Part shown: piece by piece, positions 1 through 10,212 of the stretch | Position numbering within the stretch: the stretch's first letter is position 1 | Layout of the letters: each line of letters begins with the position of its first letter | Origin: Caecitellus pseudoparvulus | Lineage: Eukaryota; Protista; Bigyra: Bicosoecida | Direction of reading: 5' to 3' | Length of the DNA stretch: 64,000 bases | Assembly: GCA_965644315.1 (NCBI GenBank) | Contig: CBFFRQ010000032.1 | Coordinates: 124,001-188,000, forward strand | Translations under genes and position numbers: made by a program | Notes under the pieces: generated by a model | What the model was told of the DNA's origin: nothing | Databases searched by the model: none | The model's input: only the letters and a program-made list of their open reading frames with translations

Positions 1-908
1 GTGGGCACCTGCTCCTCCACCTTGAAGATGCCTTCCGTGTGTGTGGCACGGGACACTTCCACCTTGGTGGACTGGAAGACAAAGGCGTCTTGCAGCAGCT
101 CGATGTGGATGCCCAGGAGCTCCGCCAGGGCCATGCTGAAGGCGCGGTCATGCCCCGACACGTCCAGCCACAGGTTCACGTCGGGACTGCCACTGAATCG
201 CTCCCACCACGCCGTGAGGAATTCTCGGATGTGCCCCGTGTCCACGAGGCACACCGACACGGCGCCTTCGGACGGCACGCCTGCCGCTTCCAGTGGTGCG
301 AAGGTGCGGTAGGTGACGGCGACGACGGCGACGCCCACTGCGTCGGTGGCTGGCGACACGCTGCGCAGCTCCGACACGATGTCGTCCAGGCGCCAGTTCA
401 TGAAGTGGCGCACGAACTCCGGCTCAGACACGGCGCCCGTCTGGTTCTTGTCCACACGCCGCAGCAGGCGAGCCACTGCCTGCATGTCCCTGCAGCAGGG
501 GCGGGGGGAAGTGAGGGGTGCAGCCTCGGCTGCGGCGACGGCTGGCGTTGGCGACCACACGCACTGTGCCGCATCATACCCCATGTACAGGAGCCCTGCT
601 CTGAACTCAGCGTAGGAAATGCTCTCATCGTTGTCTGTGCAGCGCGCCATGCGGTGCGGGGTGGCGCGTGGGAAGTCGGCGTGGCTGCAACGGCAGCGAG
701 GTGCGCCAGCAACTTCCGCACCTGTGTCCAGGTGTCGAAACAGTTGCCGCAGTTGCTGGCGAGACAGCGCGACATTGCGTCGCATGCCCTGGAAGCGCTT
801 CAGCTTTTCCTGCTTCCTGGCGATGGCTCGAGGTGCTGCGGCTGCTCGATCGGAGGGCTGGCTGGTCTTGGCCAGGGTGGGGCCACCCTCCGCTGTGCTG
901 GCTGCCAT
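1..908 (-). CDS. EF-hand calcium-binding protein (3' end outside window; at least 2 introns)
   Basis: Minus-strand ATG at 908 (MAASTAEGG...RQLFRHLDT), GT-AG intron, then DNDESISYAEF (EF-hand 1), another intron, then DKNQTGAVSEPEF (EF-hand 2). The frame stays open to the window edge. Confidence 0.7.
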   Translation of the reverse strand, partial: MAASTAEGGPTLAKTSQPSDRAAAAPRAIARKQEKLKRFQGMRRNVALSRQQLRQLFRHLDTGAEVAGAPRCRCSHADFPRATPHRMARCTDNDESISYAEFRAGLLYMGYDAAQCVWSPTPAVAAAEAAPLTSPRPCCRDMQAVARLLRRVDKNQTGAVSEPEFVRHFMNWRLDDIVSELRSVSPATDAVGVAVVAVTYRTFAPLEAAGVPSEGAVSVCLVDTGHIREFLTAWWERFSGSPDVNLWLDVSGHDRAFSMALAELLGIHIELLQDAFVFQSTKVEVSRATHTEGIFKVEEQVP

Positions 909-1103
909 GGCGGCACAGGCGGGTGGAGAAATGCAAACCCAACGCAGGTGGTGGCAAGGCACCTGACTGACTGTGTGCAAGACGGGAGCTGCAATTTTGT
1001 GGACCTCGTGAGGGTGCCAAGGGGGGGGGGGGAGTGGCCGCACACGCCACCCCCACCTCCTTCCACTTCACCATCGCACGTTGCGCAACACAGCAGCATG
1101 CAT

Positions 1104-2147
1104 TCACTCAGAGTCAGCCTTGGCGGGGGCCGGGGTGTCCTCCTCGCTGGCCTCTGGCAACTCAATGCCGTGTTCGAAGTCAGGCTTCCACCCCGTGGCA
1201 ATCATGGCTTGCTCGAACAGCCACGGCATCCAGCCGTTGAGCACAGCGATGCCGCGCAGAGACAGGGGGTACGTGTACCGCTCTGCGCCAGACTCCAGCG
1301 CGTACAGCACGCCCCGCGCAGCGTCTGCAGTGGACATGGGCGCCACCAGCGCACTGTACAGCCACGGCTGTCGCTCCCAGGAGCCGGGGTTGTTGGAGAA
1401 GTACGTGCTGTCTACGGTGCCCAGCACCACCTCCTGCACTCGGACGGGCGTGCTGGCGACGTCTGCGCGCAGGGCGTGTGTGAGGCCAGCCAGCGCCCAC
1501 CTCATGGCAATGTAGGCAGTCGCGCCGGGGATGGCGCACAGGCTGGCGGGGGACTGTACGTTCAGGATCCAGCCACGCTTGCGCTGCAGCATGGCTGGCA
1601 GCACGGCTCGGCTGCACAGCATAGCGGCCAAGGTGGGTGCCTCTGCTGCGCTGAGGATGGCGGCGTCGGTGCTCTCCCACAGGGCCTGGAAGCGCCCAGC
1701 GCCGGCGCAGTTGATGAGGACGGACACGGCGCCCACCTCCTTCTCGATGAGTCCGAAGACGTGCGGTACTTGGCGTGTGTTGGCGCAGTCACACACGTAG
1801 CCTGACGCGCGGCTGCCAATGGCTGCCACTGCCGCCTCCACCTTGCCTGCAGTGCGGGCGATGATGACGACGTGGGCGCCCTGTGCCGCGAGCAACTTGG
1901 CTGTCGCCAGCCCGATGCCCTGTGACCCGCCCGTGATGACGACGATGGTGCCGTCCGTCAGGACAGGTGCCGTGCTGCGCTCGTACAACTTCCAGGCGCC
2001 GTACACGAGGCCGGCGGCGGCGGCGGCGCCGAGCAGCCCAGCCGTGCGGCGGTCAGGGCGCCATTTAAAAGTGGAGGAGAGTGCTTGCTGGGAGCCGCGC
2101 AGGAGGCTGTGCAGGGTGTCCTGCACCGAGCCCAGCAGCGCCTGCAT
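1104..2147 (-). CDS. Short-chain dehydrogenase/reductase with N-terminal membrane anchor
   Basis: ITGGSQGIG Rossmann motif, LINCAG, NVQS and Y-x-x-x-R at the catalytic position; hydrophobic N-terminal segment. Confidence 0.9.
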   Translation of the reverse strand: MQALLGSVQDTLHSLLRGSQQALSSTFKWRPDRRTAGLLGAAAAAGLVYGAWKLYERSTAPVLTDGTIVVITGGSQGIGLATAKLLAAQGAHVVIIARTAGKVEAAVAAIGSRASGYVCDCANTRQVPHVFGLIEKEVGAVSVLINCAGAGRFQALWESTDAAILSAAEAPTLAAMLCSRAVLPAMLQRKRGWILNVQSPASLCAIPGATAYIAMRWALAGLTHALRADVASTPVRVQEVVLGTVDSTYFSNNPGSWERQPWLYSALVAPMSTADAARGVLYALESGAERYTYPLSLRGIAVLNGWMPWLFEQAMIATGWKPDFEHGIELPEASEEDTPAPAKADSE

Positions 2148-2376
2148 GGTGCTGCGGGAATTGCCGCACGTGCACGGCGGTGCTCCGTTCGCCGCAGCCA
2201 GGACAGGCGGTAGCCTGTTGATTTAGACCGGCAATGCAGGGAGTACATGAAGAATTGTACATGTATTTTTCCACTTGCCTGCTTTTTGCTGCGCCGCACG
2301 TGGGGGGGAGGCTTCACCCTTTGTTGCAGTGGGAAGGGGCAAACGTGTGTGGCCTCCACTGCCCGCCGGGCGCCGC

Positions 2377-3519
2377 TCACTGTGAGCGTCGCTTTCCATG
2401 CACACGGCCCTGCAGCCATCGAGTGAGGGAGCCCGAGGTGCCACCCGTCGCGTACGTGCCAGACGCCGTCCACACCAGCGCCATGCTGCCTGCCGCCAGC
2501 GCCGTGAGCTGGGTGCCGAACAGCCAAGCCGACGCGACGGCCGACACGCCGATGCTGACGCTGGTGGCGACGCCCTTGGTGACGCTGTCTGTGACACGCA
2601 CAGTGAGTGCTGAGAGCAGCCCCCCCGCCGCCGACAGCACCACCAGCAGGCAGACAGTGGGCGAGAACCCTGCCAGCAGCCCGCGGTGCAGAATTAGCGC
2701 CCTGTCACTGGGGGACAGCAGGAGGATGCTGGCGTTGAGCAGGATGGAGACGAGAGCCAGCTGGACGTTGAACATCCACACGGACCGCCGGCGGTTGGCC
2801 TTCAAGCGCCACTCCGTCCAGCCTCCAGCCAGCGATCCCAAGGACACGCCACCCACTGCGTAGGCCACGCCCAGCACTGTGGAGCCGAGGTGTGGGGGAG
2901 GGTGCTCGACCCCGCCACCACCACTGCCACCTCCAGGTGTCGCGGACAGCTGCACGCCTGCGACGCCTGCGCACAGGGCCACAAGGGCTGCCCACTGCAA
3001 GCGGGTGGGGTGTCGGCCCAGCAGCAGCACAGACACGATGGCGGCGGCGAGGATCTTGAGCTGGTACAGCACTTGCAGGACGGGGGCGTCGATGTGGGAG
3101 GCGGCAGCGAGGCCCAGGTTGTTGGACAGGGCGTACAAGATGCCGGGGACTGTGCGGGGGGCGAGGGGGCGTGCAATGCGTCGGGCGCTGCGGTCGACGA
3201 ATGTGTGCGCGTGGCCCCACGCACCGGCGATCTTCCACACGTGGCTCCAAGTGGAGAACCAAGCGAGCAGGCGGGACGCCATGGTGGTGAGGGAGACATT
3301 CTCAAAGTAGCAGCAGAGCGCGAGGGACAGCGCGAGCTTCAGCACCTCAGCACATAGAAGCACGGCAGCGTTTGAGAAGGGCGCTGCTGAGTTCTCAGAA
3401 TGCAGCTGGCACCACCGCGTGGTGAGGGAAGCAGCCGACCCCTGCAGCACCAGGGCAGTCAGGGCAAAGTACTTCACCAGTGTGCTCCGTGAAGGCAGCA
3501 AGGTCGCGCCCGGGCGCAT
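2377..3519 (-). CDS. Nucleotide-sugar transporter, SLC35A (UDP-Gal/CMP-Sia) family
   Basis: AVLLCAEVLKL, VPGILYALSNNL, QVLYQLKILAAA, QWAAL, SVWMFNVQL, GGLLSALTV...DSVTKG match SLC35A motifs. In-frame intron at about 3150-3225. Start taken at MRPGATLL. Confidence 0.88.
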   Translation of the reverse strand: MRPGATLLPSRSTLVKYFALTALVLQGSAASLTTRWCQLHSENSAAPFSNAAVLLCAEVLKLALSLALCCYFENVSLTTMASRLLAWFSTWSHVWKIAGAWGHAHTFVDRSARRIARPLAPRTVPGILYALSNNLGLAAASHIDAPVLQVLYQLKILAAAIVSVLLLGRHPTRLQWAALVALCAGVAGVQLSATPGGGSGGGGVEHPPPHLGSTVLGVAYAVGGVSLGSLAGGWTEWRLKANRRRSVWMFNVQLALVSILLNASILLLSPSDRALILHRGLLAGFSPTVCLLVVLSAAGGLLSALTVRVTDSVTKGVATSVSIGVSAVASAWLFGTQLTALAAGSMALVWTASGTYATGGTSGSLTRWLQGRVHGKRRSQ

Positions 3520-3789
3520 TGTGCCGGCTGTGGGTGCCAAGTGGCACGCGAGCCGGCGTTTCACAAGAAACGCCGACGAGCACACAAGGCTGGATCCTGG
3601 CGCAAATTCAAAGTTACTGCAGGGCAAGCCTCCCGTGTGTGCTTGAAGACGCCACGCGCAGTGGTTGCACTGCTTTTCAGCTCAAGAGGGCTCCTGCGGC
3701 CCGGAAGCGGGATTTGCGTGGCCTGCGCGTCTGTCTCCCGCGCACAGCAAGCAGCAAGTGCAGGCCAGCACGGTGCACTGGACAGCGGC

Positions 3790-6700
3790 ATGGCGACGCA
3801 GTTGCCGCCCTTCGTCGTGGCGCTCATCGGCGCTGAACACAGCGATGACCTGTTCCGCAAGACCCTCTTCCGCATGCGGCCATGGTGGAAGGTGCGTGGC
3901 GTTGCCTGGCGTCACGTCGCAGCGGCAGTGCAGTCTGCAGGCTGCACTTGCACTCCTCTGCGCAGGCCTCCACACGGCCAGAGGGCTCAGACGAGGAGGC
4001 CCTCTCAGCCATCAAGTCAGAAGCATTCAACCTCTTGTGGTCTGACAGTCTCTTCGTGGGGCGGTCGCCGGTATTCGGGTGCGTCTGCGCGCCTCGCGCG
4101 AGGGAGCAAATTCCGCAGCACCCCCCTGCCCCGCGCCGCCTCTGCCAGCCTGCTGAACCCGACGACGTCCTCGCCACGGCCGGGAGGCGCCGAGTACCAA
4201 CTGGTGAACCATTTCCCCAACAACCAAGTGCTGGTGTCGAAAGCCGCCCTGCTTCGCACAGTGCACGGCATGTGCCGTGCGCAGGCGGCGGCAGCTGCTG
4301 AGACGGCAGGCACGGCACTGGCGGGGGGCCAGGCGTCTGCCTCCCCCTTGCACCTGTTTGACGTGTGCCCAGTGTCGTTCATGATGCCGGGCGGCGGGGA
4401 GCTGGACGACAACGCGACGTGGAAGTCGTTTGCGCTGCGGTACATGCGCATCGCAGACAACCCTGACCCAGCCGCGCCGGCCATTCGGTGCCCCCCCAAG
4501 CACTGTGCGGGGAACCTGTGGCTGACCAAGCCCGTGCGAGGCGCAGACGGCCACGACATGACGGTGTGGTCCAGCCTGACAGCTCTGAAGAGCCACCTGG
4601 AGGCCAGTGAAGGGGAGTGGTTGGTGCAGAAGGTCATTGAGCGGCCGCTGCTGGCGTACGGGCGGAAGGTGTCCCTGCGGTCCTTCGTGCTGGTGACGGA
4701 TGCCATGGATGTGTACACGTGGAATGCGCCGTTTTTCAACCTGGCCACGGCGCTGTACACGCCGGTGGGCTTCTCTGGCGAGGGCGGCTCTGCGCCGCAA
4801 GGTGACGTTGCGGCAGTGCAGGTGACTTCCACGGCGCAGCAAGCAAGCGTGCCTGGGTACGGCCAGCACCCGCTGCCACTGGGCAACATCATGTATTTCG
4901 ACGAGATGAACAAGTACCTGAACAGCGAGAACAAGAGCCTGCCAGCCAACGCCCTGTACACACACGTGCTGCCGGCGTTGCGTGCGCTGTGCGTTGACGT
5001 GGTGCGGGCTGCTGCGCCGGAGCTGCGCAAGGGCTGCGGTGGGCGGCGTTGCTTCGAGTTGTTTGCAGTGGACGTGCTGGTGGACGAGGATTTGCGTTTG
5101 TGGTTGTTGGATTTCGCAGAGAACCCCAACTTGGACACCGCCACGGACCGCCAGGAAGCCCTCGTGAACACGGTGTTTGCTCAAGCACTGGCGCTGGCGG
5201 TTGACCCGCTGTTCCCAGCACCCACTGTGCAGGCAGAGGCACGCCGTGCGCTGGCAGTGGGGAACCGCCAAGGTGCCTGTGGCGTCATCCGCGGCACGGA
5301 GGCATTTGGCATCGCCCCTGCCGCTCAAGGCGCCTCTGCCCTGGCTGCAGCACACACTGCCCCCCTGCCAGCGGCACCCCCCCTCCTCATCGGCACGCTG
5401 GGGGGTGCTGCGGGCTGCCGGGAGTACTGGTCTCGCCTGGCAGCGGGGGCGTCTGAGCCGCCCAGCGGCGTGGACTCCATCGCAGTGGGCGCCGCTGTCA
5501 CGACGACAGGCACAGAGCCCCCCCCCTCCGGACACCCAGACGCCCCCCCCCTGCCCATCGCCGCTGGCTTTGAGTTGGCGTTCCGGGTGGCAGATGTGCC
5601 GGATGTGGAGCCGTTGCCACAGGCGTTGCTGAAGGAGGTGCGGGTGCAGGCGGAACAGGCTCCCCGTGTTCCGGACTCCCTGGACCCGTTCCTTGTTTTG
5701 CCTCCCGCCTCTGTTCTGCCTCGGGCGCCGCTTGGCTCCCGTGTCACTGAGGCAGCCCTGCCCCCCCGAGCCCGCAACGCTGTCCCCTGGTACGGCATCC
5801 CGCCCCCCCCCAAAGACCGCTTCGTGAAACTGGCGGACCCTGGGGCGAGTGGGGGGGGAGAGGGGGCCCTCGTGCCATCGCCACCCCCTCCCGGGTCCAC
5901 CCCCCCTCCCCATCCGCTGTCCAGTGCAGAGCGAGGTGGGGGGGGGGAGGGGGGTCGCGCACCCCCCCACCGCCCTGGCCCTGACCCCCCCTCCACCCCC
6001 CCTGGTCGTCGGGCAGGCAGCCCTGGGCCACCTGCCGCCTTGAGGAGCGGGAGCCCATCTCGCACATTGTTGCGAGATGGGCAGGGCAGGCCCCTCGCTG
6101 GCGTGGCGTCGCCGCCCCCCCCTCCCCCACACCGCCCCCCCCCGCCCCGTGCCTCCTCTGTCGCTGGATCGGACATTGGCGGTGAGGCGGCGCCAGACTC
6201 ACCCCGGATGGAGGAGGGGCGAGGGGTGGTGCAGGCGAGGGCCCACCCCCCCCTGGCCCCCGTGCAGGAGGCACCCGCTCTGCCCCCCGCCCCCATCCGC
6301 CCAGATGGGCCTGCTGGGCGCGCCAACGCCCTGCTCGCCCGGCTGGAAGCTGCCGCTGGCACACCGGGGGCCAAGCCAGTCAACCCCGCCTTGCTGGCTC
6401 ACCTGCGCCACGCCGTGCAGCTGCTCACTGCCGCTGAAACGGTGGCAGCGGCGCGAGGGGCGTTGCAGGAGCTGGAGGGGGGTGAGCCTGCACACTCGTC
6501 ACCAGTGCCGCCTGCGCAAGCGTCCCAGCAGGCGGCGTCTCCGGGGCACAAGCCGCACACGGAGGGGCGGCGTGGTGGCAATTTCCGCTCGCCGTACGCG
6601 GCCCCTGGCTCGGCCACCTCCACCTCCCGCAGCTTCAGCCGGGTGTATGGCGGGCACAGGGGCGTGACACCTGAGTTGGGCCCAGGCTCCCACCCACAGG

Positions 6701-7902
6701 TGCAGCGCTCCCCTCGTGCCCGTGCTGCAGCGGCTGCACGGGCCAAAGCAGCCCGTCGTGCAGCTGCCGCTCGCGCTGCCGCCGCAACGCCCACTGGGCG
6801 CCTGGCGCAGAGCCGAGGGGGGAGCACGGCTTCTGCCCGAGCTGCAAGGCAGTTGGCACGTGCGCAGCGGCACGAGGCACGCCAGCGGGCCGTCAGTCCA
6901 GTGTCTGGCCCAGGCTCAGGCGGCGAGGGTGAAACGCCGACGGAACGCAGCACCGTCCGGGGGCGCTCCAGCCAGGGCGTCTCCCCCACTCGCCAGTACG
7001 CGGGCGCACTGCAGACAAAGCTGGTGGAGGAGGTGGATGCTGAGGTGGCCCGTGTGACGCAGGAGGTGGCTGCGCGGTCCTCTGAGTTGGCCCAGCGCCA
7101 GGCAGCGCTGGATGAGCGTGAGGCTGCGTTGGCGGCGGCAGAGGCGCGGCTGGCGGCGGCAGCGGCCAGCATGCCGGGACCGTATTACGCCCCCTCCACA
7201 GCAGGCAGTCCAGGCCTGGAGAGCACCTTGCCCCGGGGCGGTGGCAGCCGGGACGCGTCAGCCTCCCCCAGCGCCTCGGACAGTGACTCCGGCGGTGACT
7301 CCGACAGTGACTCGTCCCTCGTCCAGCCCCGCGACGGCGCCCCCGTGGAGGTGTGGGTGGAAGTGCCCTCTGCCCAGCACGGCGGCACCCCCTACTACTA
7401 CCACGCTGTTAGCCGGGACACTCGCTGGCGCCGCCCCACTGGACCGGGCATCATCGTACTGGCACAGGATGAGCTGGAGACGGCAGCGGCCACGGCACAG
7501 GAGGCTGTGCACTCAGCTGCCGCGGCAGCAGCGGCTGGGCCCTCCTACGGCGGCATGGCCCCCACCCCACACCAGGCGCACTCCGCGCAGCACCAGCCGT
7601 ACATGGCGGCGCACGAGTCACGAGGGTTCGGCCACGAGTCACCCTTCAGCCACACTGCTCACTCGCCCGGCGGGCCATCAGGGTGGCACCATGCGCCTAC
7701 GGAAGCTGCCTCTGGCGTGTTCCGTGTTCCGGGAGCAGGCACCCTCGGCTCCGGCAGCATTCGGTTCGACGGAGAGCAGAGTAGTGGCGGGGCTGGTCTG
7801 AGCAGGCACGGCGGGGCCCATGCGCCTGCATATGGAGGAGGGCCGCATGACAGCAGCAGGCACAGCTACCGTGCACCGGATGTGCACGTGAGGCTGCATT
7901 GA
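3790..7902 (+). CDS. Tubulin-tyrosine ligase-like (TTLL) domain protein with long low-complexity tail, coiled coil and WW domain
   Basis: VNHFPNNQVLVSK, WLTKP, WLVQKVIERPLL..GRKVSLR, CFELFAVDVLVDEDLRLWLL; WW-like WVEVPSAQHGGTPYYYHAVSRDTRWRRP near 7350-7440. 5' introns likely. Confidence 0.8.
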   Translation: MATQLPPFVVALIGAEHSDDLFRKTLFRMRPWWKVRGVAWRHVAAAVQSAGCTCTPLRRPPHGQRAQTRRPSQPSSQKHSTSCGLTVSSWGGRRYSGASARLARGSKFRSTPLPRAASASLLNPTTSSPRPGGAEYQLVNHFPNNQVLVSKAALLRTVHGMCRAQAAAAAETAGTALAGGQASASPLHLFDVCPVSFMMPGGGELDDNATWKSFALRYMRIADNPDPAAPAIRCPPKHCAGNLWLTKPVRGADGHDMTVWSSLTALKSHLEASEGEWLVQKVIERPLLAYGRKVSLRSFVLVTDAMDVYTWNAPFFNLATALYTPVGFSGEGGSAPQGDVAAVQVTSTAQQASVPGYGQHPLPLGNIMYFDEMNKYLNSENKSLPANALYTHVLPALRALCVDVVRAAAPELRKGCGGRRCFELFAVDVLVDEDLRLWLLDFAENPNLDTATDRQEALVNTVFAQALALAVDPLFPAPTVQAEARRALAVGNRQGACGVIRGTEAFGIAPAAQGASALAAAHTAPLPAAPPLLIGTLGGAAGCREYWSRLAAGASEPPSGVDSIAVGAAVTTTGTEPPPSGHPDAPPLPIAAGFELAFRVADVPDVEPLPQALLKEVRVQAEQAPRVPDSLDPFLVLPPASVLPRAPLGSRVTEAALPPRARNAVPWYGIPPPPKDRFVKLADPGASGGGEGALVPSPPPPGSTPPPHPLSSAERGGGGEGGRAPPHRPGPDPPSTPPGRRAGSPGPPAALRSGSPSRTLLRDGQGRPLAGVASPPPPPPHRPPPPRASSVAGSDIGGEAAPDSPRMEEGRGVVQARAHPPLAPVQEAPALPPAPIRPDGPAGRANALLARLEAAAGTPGAKPVNPALLAHLRHAVQLLTAAETVAAARGALQELEGGEPAHSSPVPPAQASQQAASPGHKPHTEGRRGGNFRSPYAAPGSATSTSRSFSRVYGGHRGVTPELGPGSHPQVQRSPRARAAAAARAKAARRAAAARAAAATPTGRLAQSRGGSTASARAARQLARAQRHEARQRAVSPVSGPGSGGEGETPTERSTVRGRSSQGVSPTRQYAGALQTKLVEEVDAEVARVTQEVAARSSELAQRQAALDEREAALAAAEARLAAAAASMPGPYYAPSTAGSPGLESTLPRGGGSRDASASPSASDSDSGGDSDSDSSLVQPRDGAPVEVWVEVPSAQHGGTPYYYHAVSRDTRWRRPTGPGIIVLAQDELETAAATAQEAVHSAAAAAAAGPSYGGMAPTPHQAHSAQHQPYMAAHESRGFGHESPFSHTAHSPGGPSGWHHAPTEAASGVFRVPGAGTLGSGSIRFDGEQSSGGAGLSRHGGAHAPAYGGGPHDSSRHSYRAPDVHVRLH

Positions 7903-8128
7903 ATGCACTGCTGTTGTGGAGCTCGGTGCTTGGCCAGCGGGAGGGGGGGGGGGCACCAGCTTGGGTGAGACTGGGCGCGCCGTCACCATGTAGACACGAA
8001 GTGCATGATGCAACTTGGCGTGTGCTGCGACCTATTTGGGTGCGTGGGAGGCTGGACTGCTGTGAGCAATCGACAGCCGTCGCAGGGCGACACCGGCTAC
8101 ACAGCGCCACTGCTGTGTACGGCACGGC

Positions 8129-9139
8129 ATGGGACACAAGGAAGGCCCTGTCTCAGGGGAGCAACAAGTGGACTGTATGCACCAGGGGCCTCCTGGCTCG
8201 CAGCGTCCCGGGCGCAGTCCCAGAGCAGGGGCGGTGCCCCTGACGCTGTCGCGTTTTCGTGCAGAGGGTGGCACGGCCAGTGTGAAGAGCACAGAGGGGC
8301 GGCAGGACGTAGGTCCACTCCAGGCAGACGGAGAGCAGTCTACACACACGCCTGCCACTGCTAAACAGTCGGAGGGCGCGTTGACAGGTCGGGGGCATGC
8401 TTTGACCAGGACAGTGCGCCTGCGAAACGCCGCAGTGGCCAAGCGACGGGCTGCGATGCAATCTCAGCAGGACGCCATGCGAGACGAGCCGAGCGAAGTG
8501 CAAGCCCATGACTACCTTTCGCGGTCTGTGGACAAGTCGGCCTGGTTGAGTTCGGCGGACTTCAAGCTGGGCGGCAGCAGCCGTGGCACGGGTGGGCCGT
8601 GCACTTCACCTGACCGGCCTGCATGGCAGAAACCTCCCCGCCGGCGCAAGCCCTCCACTGCGCCCCACATGCTGGGCCAGACTGGGCGGGTCTTCGGCGT
8701 CAGCGGGTCTGTCCCGGCGCCCCTCCGGCCGTCCCCTGCCGGCGGAGGCGTCGTGCGCGGCGGGCGTGGTGAGGCACCTCCGCCGCGCAACAGCGCTGAC
8801 CCGGCCAGCAGCGCATTTGTGGCCCTGACGCTGCCTGCCCGTGGCGGCGCCGGCATCTCCAGCACCACCAGCGTTCTGACGCGTGGCCAGGCGTCGGTCG
8901 TCACCAGCGTGCACACTGCAGCGTATCGAGGGGATGACCCCCTGCGAGAACGGCTGGGCGGGAGGGTGCTGGCTGGGCGGGATATGCGGGGCGCCGCCAC
9001 ACACGGCTTCATTCGCTCAGATGGCAGCCGTGACGGCGTGGGGAAGATCCTGCACGACTCTGCCATGCGGGCACTGCACGGCGGCACTGCCCGTGAGTTG
9101 GCACGCCTTCGCACCGTGCCGACCACTGCACGGCGTTGA
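8129..9139 (+). CDS. Hypothetical protein (start uncertain)
   Basis: 336-aa ORF between two genes with no recognisable domain. Confidence 0.4.
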   Translation: MGHKEGPVSGEQQVDCMHQGPPGSQRPGRSPRAGAVPLTLSRFRAEGGTASVKSTEGRQDVGPLQADGEQSTHTPATAKQSEGALTGRGHALTRTVRLRNAAVAKRRAAMQSQQDAMRDEPSEVQAHDYLSRSVDKSAWLSSADFKLGGSSRGTGGPCTSPDRPAWQKPPRRRKPSTAPHMLGQTGRVFGVSGSVPAPLRPSPAGGGVVRGGRGEAPPPRNSADPASSAFVALTLPARGGAGISSTTSVLTRGQASVVTSVHTAAYRGDDPLRERLGGRVLAGRDMRGAATHGFIRSDGSRDGVGKILHDSAMRALHGGTARELARLRTVPTTARR

Positions 9140-10212
9140 GGCGGCCGGGCGTCGCGTGGGTGACAGTGAGGCAGACGGCGCCATTCCACCTGCACTTGTT
9201 TGCTAAGGACAGTGCATTCATCTGCTCTCACACCTCGGGGCGGGGTGCTTGGCAAGCCCTTCTCTGCGTTGCGAGAAGCTGCGTGCACGCAAGGCGCGCC
9301 TGCAGCGAACGCGGGCTTCGAGGGGAGCTTAAAACAAGCAGGGGGCTTCAAAGTGTGTCATGGTACAGAAATGTGCAGTGCATGTCTCGTGCCAGGGCGG
9401 ACAGCGGGCGGGGCAGGCGGCGGCGGGGTGGTGTGTGCAGGTCACGGTTCCTCCCCTGCTCCGTGGTCATCCAACAGCTCTTGGCATGATGGCGTGCCCC
9501 GTGGCGCCCGAGCCACGGCGGCCCCCTCCACACATGCAGTTATGGACCCCCCTTTGTCTTGTTTTCAGTTTCAATGCCGGGCTCGCGGCCCTCAGGGTGG
9601 CAGCGCAATGTTGCCTTGTTTGGCGGGTCCAGCAGCAGCCCGGCGTGGGAAACGGCTGACTGCACTTGATGAGCCAGCTACTTGGGCGTCAGGCAAGGCA
9701 GCCTGCCCCCCCAAGGCCCCTGCACACTCAAACTCATCAAATGTATCCTCGCAGGTGCATTGTGGGGAGTGGAGGCAGGTGCGTTTTCTTCCGGCTTGAC
9801 CAGCAGGAGCGCTCACAATCACACGCTCCCTGCCCACACCGCGGGGGCAGGGGAGCGATGGAATACACGCGAGTGGCTTCCACGACCACGCAACTACGGG
9901 GTGTGGGCCCTGCCATGCGCGGCACGCACCCCCTCCCCCGCAAACGTACCCCACAGCCGCCGCCGGCGCAGTGTGCCAGCGCTTCGAGCGTGGGGGGCTT
10001 GTGGCAGCGGGCGCAGTGGCGGGGAACGAGCACAACCCCACACCAGCCACACACCCAGGGGGAAGAAGAGACACATTGGATCACACTGCTGCCCACAGCA
10101 GCCCCTCGCCTCAGGCGTACGCCCGCCTGAGGCGCCGAGCGCAAAGGAACGGCACGCCTCAGCACGCCGCCGCACCTTGCGAGTGGGCCCCTCCCACCTG
10201 CACCTGCAGAGG

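Noticed and set aside
39-1805. Long ORFs antisense to or overlapping real genes (e.g. 39..1805, 4027..6132, 55572..57338)
   Set aside because: Expected shadow ORFs in high-GC coding DNA, with no motifs.
5870-6300. Poly-G/poly-C runs (also 14820-15500) as G-quadruplex regulatory elements
   Set aside because: They lie in Pro/Gly low-complexity coding tracts common across the window, with no independent evidence of function.
9140-10200. Possible extra gene in the 1-kb gap before the kinase
   Set aside because: Only motif-less ORFs; more likely promoter, 5' UTR or introns.
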